Positions 59,197 through 64,000 of a stretch of 64,000 bases of DNA are shown here, one piece after another. The notes below the pieces were generated by a model. It did not search any database. It saw only the letters and a list, made by a program, of their open reading frames with translations, and was not told the origin of the DNA. Made by a program: the position numbers and the translations under genes. This stretch comes from Candidatus Woesearchaeota archaeon (GTDB lineage: Archaea > Nanobdellota > Nanobdellia > Woesearchaeales > GW2011-AR9), in the NCBI GenBank assembly GCA_016179955.1, contig JACPCD010000007.1, forward strand, positions 5,907 to 69,906, given 5' to 3'. Position 1 is the first letter of the stretch. Each line of letters begins with the position of its first letter.

Positions 59197-62100
59197 TTTC
59201 CAAACTCCTCAACAATCTTGATCTCTTCCGGCGTCAGCTCGTATAATTTGTACACTAACTGGTCAATCTCTTTCTCCAAACGCTTTACTTTGGCTTGTTT
59301 GTCAGGATTGTCTAAATAATCATCGTCTTTGGTGATGGAGAGGATTTGGTCGACGAGGTGGATGAATGGTTTTTGCTGGTCAGGAGAAATTTCTTTAATT
59401 GGGATTTCTGATAATGGTGCGGAATATAATTCTAATAAATCGCCTTTTCTTTTTCCTTTATAATATAACCAACAAAAATATAATTTTGAATTCAATAGTC
59501 CAGTTATATACTTTAAGTTAACATCTTGAATTTTCTTTGTAATAAAGTAAACATCTCTTGAGGCGTACCAAGGGATATCGCAATATGCAAATTTATTCGT
59601 TTTTGATCTATAAGGGGTTAATATTTTTTCTGCCTCAAAGTTCATATCTAATCTAGGTGTATTTAATACCCACCAATTACCTCTTCTAAAAGCTCCTCTT
59701 AAATTAGCCCCTTTTCTAGACGAAATTTCTGTTTTAAACATAGATAAATACTCATAGATGCCTTTTAAATCAAAGATATTTTCTTTAATTTTCTCATGTA
59801 GATACAGTATGTACTGATTTGTACTTTTCTTAAAATAATATTTATCAATATCTGAATTTTTATAAAATGGTTTTAAATAATCTAATTCCTTTTTTGATTT
59901 AATTATTTCTTTTACTTTGTCACTAGAAATGACGTAAACCTTATCCATGCTACTTTCTAATCCGATTAATGTGTTGCATATACTTCCTAAGGGAACAGCA
60001 TTCTTATCTAATACCATTTTAGAAAATATTTGTTGAACTGGATTGTCAAAATTAACGTTGCCACTAACTCTAATGTATTTTTCATCACCTTCAAATAATT
60101 CTAATTGAGGAATATTATGATACTCTGTTTCCTCATCTTGCTTGAACAAAATAACATTTAGTATATTGGATGTTGCAAGTCCAGTTCTGTTTACTACAGA
60201 TGTAATTCCTAAAACAGATTTATTTTTTGATTTTGTAAGAAGAGTTATCATATTATGTTGACCTGCCGCAGATTCAAATACTTTTAATTCATTAAAATTA
60301 ATTAATTCTCTAATAACTGATCTTTGATATAAGTCAAATCTGAGTTTTTTAGCCCCTAATGCAGTTATAAAATAATTAGTAGTTATCATTGCAATTTGGG
60401 CATTATTTCTTGTCAAATTTAGTGCTAAATGAAAAAAGAAATAAAAATAATCCATTCTTCCAAGATAATACTCTTTTAAATTACCTTTCTGAACCTCAAA
60501 AAATACATCTTTATGTTTTCTTTCCCCAACATACGGCGGATTCCCTATCACCACATCAAACCCCGGATTCTCCCTTTGGAACACTTCTGCAAAATAAAGC
60601 TTCCATAAAAAGAATGGTTTAGATTTATTCTTCTTATATTCCTGCAATTTCTCAATAGCAGCACTATTTCCCTCTTCTTTAAGCGTCTCTTCAACCAATC
60701 CCCATTCTAACTTATCAATCTCTTCTCTTAATTGTTTTTTCAGCTTCCTATTTTGCTCATTGAAGAATTTTCTTTGTAATTCTTTTAACTCTTTTAATTT
60801 ACGCTGAGATTCTTTTATTCTTTTAGAAAGAGAATCATCTAAAGTAGCTTGAGAAGAAATTTTGTCTTTCCTTGCCTCTAATTCAATTTTCCGCCGTTCT
60901 TTTTCTAATTTCTCCAAATCCTTCTCAAAATTTTCTCCCTCGTAATCATCATACAATCTCTTAATTTTCCCACCTATTTCCGACAATTCTTTAGAATAAT
61001 CTCTCTTTACTTCTCCTAATAACTTCTCATCAAACAGCTTCTTGCCCTCAAATTCCTCCAGAAGTGAATTACCGCACATAATCTTATGGTCTAAGTTTGG
61101 CAGCGGTTCAATATTTCTGATACTTTCCTCATCTACTATTAAAGACAGCCAAAACCGCAATTTAGCGATATCAACTGCAGAACTATCAATATCCACACCA
61201 TATAGGCTGTTTTCGATAGCCTCACGCTTTAATTTGTAAGCGCTCCTATTTTTCTGCTCTTCCGGCTTAAAGAATATAGATAAAATCGACCTGGCTTTAA
61301 CAATTTCCGTCATCATTCCTACTGGAAAAGCTCCAGAGCCTACCGCAGGATCAACAACTTTAATCTCTTTTAGCAATTTATCAATCAATTCTTTATTTGC
61401 TATAATTGATTTAGGGAGATTTAACTTTTCTAATTCTCTATTTATTTCTTCTTCGAATACTTTAATAGAAATTATTCCTTTCTTTAATTTTTCTTGTTTC
61501 TTATCTATCTCTTGTAAAACACGAATAGAATTAGCTAGTGTCAAATCCCCTAATTGAATAAATTTTTCAATATCTTCTCTAACTATTTGGGTATTTGTCT
61601 CTAAATAATTAATCAGAGATTGCTGACACATATAATGGACAATCTCACGAGGAGTGTAAAAAGCTCCTTTAGACTTCCTGTCAATAACATCTAGTAGATT
61701 TTCAAATACTTTACCCAACATTTCAGGATCTACTGCTACCTCTTTTTCTAATGGCTCATCTTCTTTAACGGTAAAATTATAGGTATCAAATGTTTTGAAA
61801 ATATCCCTAAAGACATCATCGTCCAAATTTATTTTAGTGTCAATCCAATTATAATCATTTATTGGTTCGAATAAACCACCATTAAGAAATGGGATTTTAC
61901 ATTTAAACAAAGTGTGATAACCATCATCTCCTTCTCGGGGATTATTCAAAGCATCATAAAACAATGGTTCCAGAATATCATTAAAGAAATTCTTGTAAGT
62001 TATTATGTCTTTATCAAATAATTTCTTCATGAAATCTTTTGGACCAGTTCCCCATTCTTTGTTTATCTTCACACCAAGCCAACCTTTTTTCTGTAAGAAA

Positions 62101-62819
62101 TATAAGAATACTATCTGTCCTAATAATTTCTTAGAAAACTCGGTTGCAGAAATACTTTTCTCTTCAAATTCTTTCTGAACGTACTTATCATCACTAATCA
62201 CTTTCAGCAAAGAATCATTTAATTTTAAGAATAATTCTTTATACCGTTCAAAGAATTCTTTGGTAACTTTTTCAATACTAAACACACTTTCTAATTCTTG
62301 TAAAGTAGGGTTTCTATTTTCTTCTTCTACTAAGGCCAAAAACTGTTTTCTACAGGTATGATTCGGCTCATTTACCCCAACTAAGAACGAATATCTTTTT
62401 GCTGGGGTTAATTCTGGAATAACCTTGCCATTATCCGCTAAATTATACTCCATTTTAACGAAAGATAAACGCCAATCTTCCGGCTCATCACCGTAAAACG
62501 CCACTAAAGCCGCATCTTTGTGGTAATTACCGAGATACTTGGCAATAAAATTTCTTTGCATGGTTCTAGCTCTGTCCACAGAATCAGTTCTTTTCAGCTT
62601 AACGGTAAGAATATCCATCACTTTCTTATTAGAGTCAATATAACTGCCATAATTATGATAGGATTCAATATAATCTTTATATTCCCCCCACACTTCAGAA
62701 GTCTTTTCTTTAACTTCAAAACCGTTTAATAATTCTCGAACAAAGCGGAGAAAACGCCCTACTTCAAACTCTTGTCCAAAAGTTTCATTAAGTAAGTTAA
62801 CGGTTTGCTGTCTTTCCAT
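59193..62819 (-). CDS. Eco57I/TaqI-like N6-adenine DNA methyltransferase with C-terminal TRD
   Basis: PFLNGGLF, GAFYTP, DPAVGSGAF, GVDID, NPPY, LLNS. Confidence 0.92.
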   Translation of the reverse strand: MERQQTVNLLNETFGQEFEVGRFLRFVRELLNGFEVKEKTSEVWGEYKDYIESYHNYGSYIDSNKKVMDILTVKLKRTDSVDRARTMQRNFIAKYLGNYHKDAALVAFYGDEPEDWRLSFVKMEYNLADNGKVIPELTPAKRYSFLVGVNEPNHTCRKQFLALVEEENRNPTLQELESVFSIEKVTKEFFERYKELFLKLNDSLLKVISDDKYVQKEFEEKSISATEFSKKLLGQIVFLYFLQKKGWLGVKINKEWGTGPKDFMKKLFDKDIITYKNFFNDILEPLFYDALNNPREGDDGYHTLFKCKIPFLNGGLFEPINDYNWIDTKINLDDDVFRDIFKTFDTYNFTVKEDEPLEKEVAVDPEMLGKVFENLLDVIDRKSKGAFYTPREIVHYMCQQSLINYLETNTQIVREDIEKFIQLGDLTLANSIRVLQEIDKKQEKLKKGIISIKVFEEEINRELEKLNLPKSIIANKELIDKLLKEIKVVDPAVGSGAFPVGMMTEIVKARSILSIFFKPEEQKNRSAYKLKREAIENSLYGVDIDSSAVDIAKLRFWLSLIVDEESIRNIEPLPNLDHKIMCGNSLLEEFEGKKLFDEKLLGEVKRDYSKELSEIGGKIKRLYDDYEGENFEKDLEKLEKERRKIELEARKDKISSQATLDDSLSKRIKESQRKLKELKELQRKFFNEQNRKLKKQLREEIDKLEWGLVEETLKEEGNSAAIEKLQEYKKNKSKPFFLWKLYFAEVFQRENPGFDVVIGNPPYVGERKHKDVFFEVQKGNLKEYYLGRMDYFYFFFHLALNLTRNNAQIAMITTNYFITALGAKKLRFDLYQRSVIRELINFNELKVFESAAGQHNMITLLTKSKNKSVLGITSVVNRTGLATSNILNVILFKQDEETEYHNIPQLELFEGDEKYIRVSGNVNFDNPVQQIFSKMVLDKNAVPLGSICNTLIGLESSMDKVYVISSDKVKEIIKSKKELDYLKPFYKNSDIDKYYFKKSTNQYILYLHEKIKENIFDLKGIYEYLSMFKTEISSRKGANLRGAFRRGNWWVLNTPRLDMNFEAEKILTPYRSKTNKFAYCDIPWYASRDVYFITKKIQDVNLKYITGLLNSKLYFCWLYYKGKRKGDLLELYSAPLSEIPIKEISPDQQKPFIHLVDQILSITKDDDYLDNPDKQAKVKRLEKEIDQLVYKLYELTPEEIKIVEEFGK

Positions 62820-64000
62820 CTTTCATCATAAAATATTCTGAGAGAATAACCTCTTTTGGCCCGGAAGTGTTCGCACTGCTGACAAAAGTATCTTCAAAAA
62901 ATTCTGCATGAACTCCTGTTTTTATTACTGCCAATATTCTCAGAGGGCTGCTTTCTTTAGAGGTATTATTAAGAATATTTTTGATGGTTGGTTTAGGCAA
63001 AGAGCCTTCTTGCAATAATCTTAATACTTTTTGTAAGTAATCTTTGTCTTCCTCACTAAGCTCTTTGGCATTATTTAAAAGTGCTTTAACCAATTTAACT
63101 AGTCTTGCTTCTTGACCTCTATTTCCAGCGACATTAGTTTCCTCTTTTATAAACAACTCTTCAAAAGTTTTTTTATTAGCTTCTAGTAATGTATAAAATT
63201 CCGGCTCTAACTTTCCTGGTTTATCATCTTTTTCTGCGTGTAGCTTTTCAGCAGCAGTAAAAAAATCTACTTCTTTCACCTCTCCAACACTATTCCAGTA
63301 AATTTTACGTAATTTCCCTTTTCTAAAGAAAGTGAATAGCCCGGTACTCGTTCCCAATCGGGCAGTGCGTGATTTCTTAGGTAAGCGTTTAATTCGTTCA
63401 AATAAAGCATGATCATTATCTCTAATATCTCGCAGAAACGTTAAATAGCGCAATTCAACATCATCTTCTTCATTTTCTCCAGTTATAACCTCTTTGGAGT
63501 TGATTTTTCTAAATAAATCATGGGATTTGATTTCTTCATCCGTTAAAAGCCGAGCATCGTTACCAAGCATTTCAATAAATGCTTTAACTTTGGCTTCCGC
63601 TGCATCTTTAAGCTTAATTTCATTATCTACAGGTCCGGCAGGGAAGAAATTGTAAGTATAAATTTTATCAAATGGTAAATTCTTAGCCACACGATTAATT
63701 CTTCCTACTCTTTGCATCATTCGTACGGGATTCCATGGGATATCATAATTAATGACCACATTAGAACGATTTAAGTTAACTCCTTCAGATAGGATTTCAG
63801 TAGATACTAAAATCCTAATATCCTCTGCTTTATGTTTCACATTAGGATCAAAATTGTTGATAATTTTATCTCTGGTTGCTTCTGAGGAAATACTGGAAAA
63901 AGCTAAAACTTTATTTTCAAACTTCGGATTAAGTTTATCTTCCAGGTAAGAAGCAGTTTCTTTTGATTCTGTAAAGATAATTACTTTATTCTTCAGGTTT
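62797..64000 (-). CDS. SF2/SNF2-type helicase, C-terminal part; runs off window end
   Basis: VIIFTESKETA, STEILSEGVNL, INYDIPWNP..QRVGRINR. Confidence 0.9.
   Translation of the reverse strand, partial: NLKNKVIIFTESKETASYLEDKLNPKFENKVLAFSSISSEATRDKIINNFDPNVKHKAEDIRILVSTEILSEGVNLNRSNVVINYDIPWNPVRMMQRVGRINRVAKNLPFDKIYTYNFFPAGPVDNEIKLKDAAEAKVKAFIEMLGNDARLLTDEEIKSHDLFRKINSKEVITGENEEDDVELRYLTFLRDIRDNDHALFERIKRLPKKSRTARLGTSTGLFTFFRKGKLRKIYWNSVGEVKEVDFFTAAEKLHAEKDDKPGKLEPEFYTLLEANKKTFEELFIKEETNVAGNRGQEARLVKLVKALLNNAKELSEEDKDYLQKVLRLLQEGSLPKPTIKNILNNTSKESSPLRILAVIKTGVHAEFFEDTFVSSANTSGPKEVILSEYFMMKDGKTANR

Overview
Archaeal chromosomal window, most likely DPANN (Woesearchaeota-like). This is inferred from archaeal ribosomal proteins (L3 to SecY operon, S19e, L39e, L31e, L35Ae, S3Ae, L34e, L14e), thermosome, pelota, TrmB, PheRS and intron-bearing tRNAs. 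Highlights: (1) cbf5 is interrupted inside its catalytic Asp codon by a 16-nt insert that folds into a textbook bulge-helix-bulge (BHB), i.e. a candidate mRNA intron, directly downstream of an overlapping AT-rich free-standing LAGLIDADG-type gene (possible collaborative homing module). (2) A diversity-generating retroelement: target gene with VR 20220-20315, TR 20542-20637 (14 mismatches, all at TR adenines), a GGA-triloop hairpin, no avd, and an RT with an unusual ~190-aa C-terminal HTH/Cys-rich extension. (3) Two dissimilar tRNA-His genes, one with two BHB introns and one atypical copy in the leader of hisG-hisS. (4) Bacterial-type lipid genes (gpsA, PgsA-DAG-kinase fusion). (5) An AT-rich defence island at the right end: helicase, N6-MTase, proteasome-beta-like Ntn protein and two nuclease-like genes. 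Several internal deletions or duplications in conserved genes look like assembly errors. All calls are by eye; no database searches were run.
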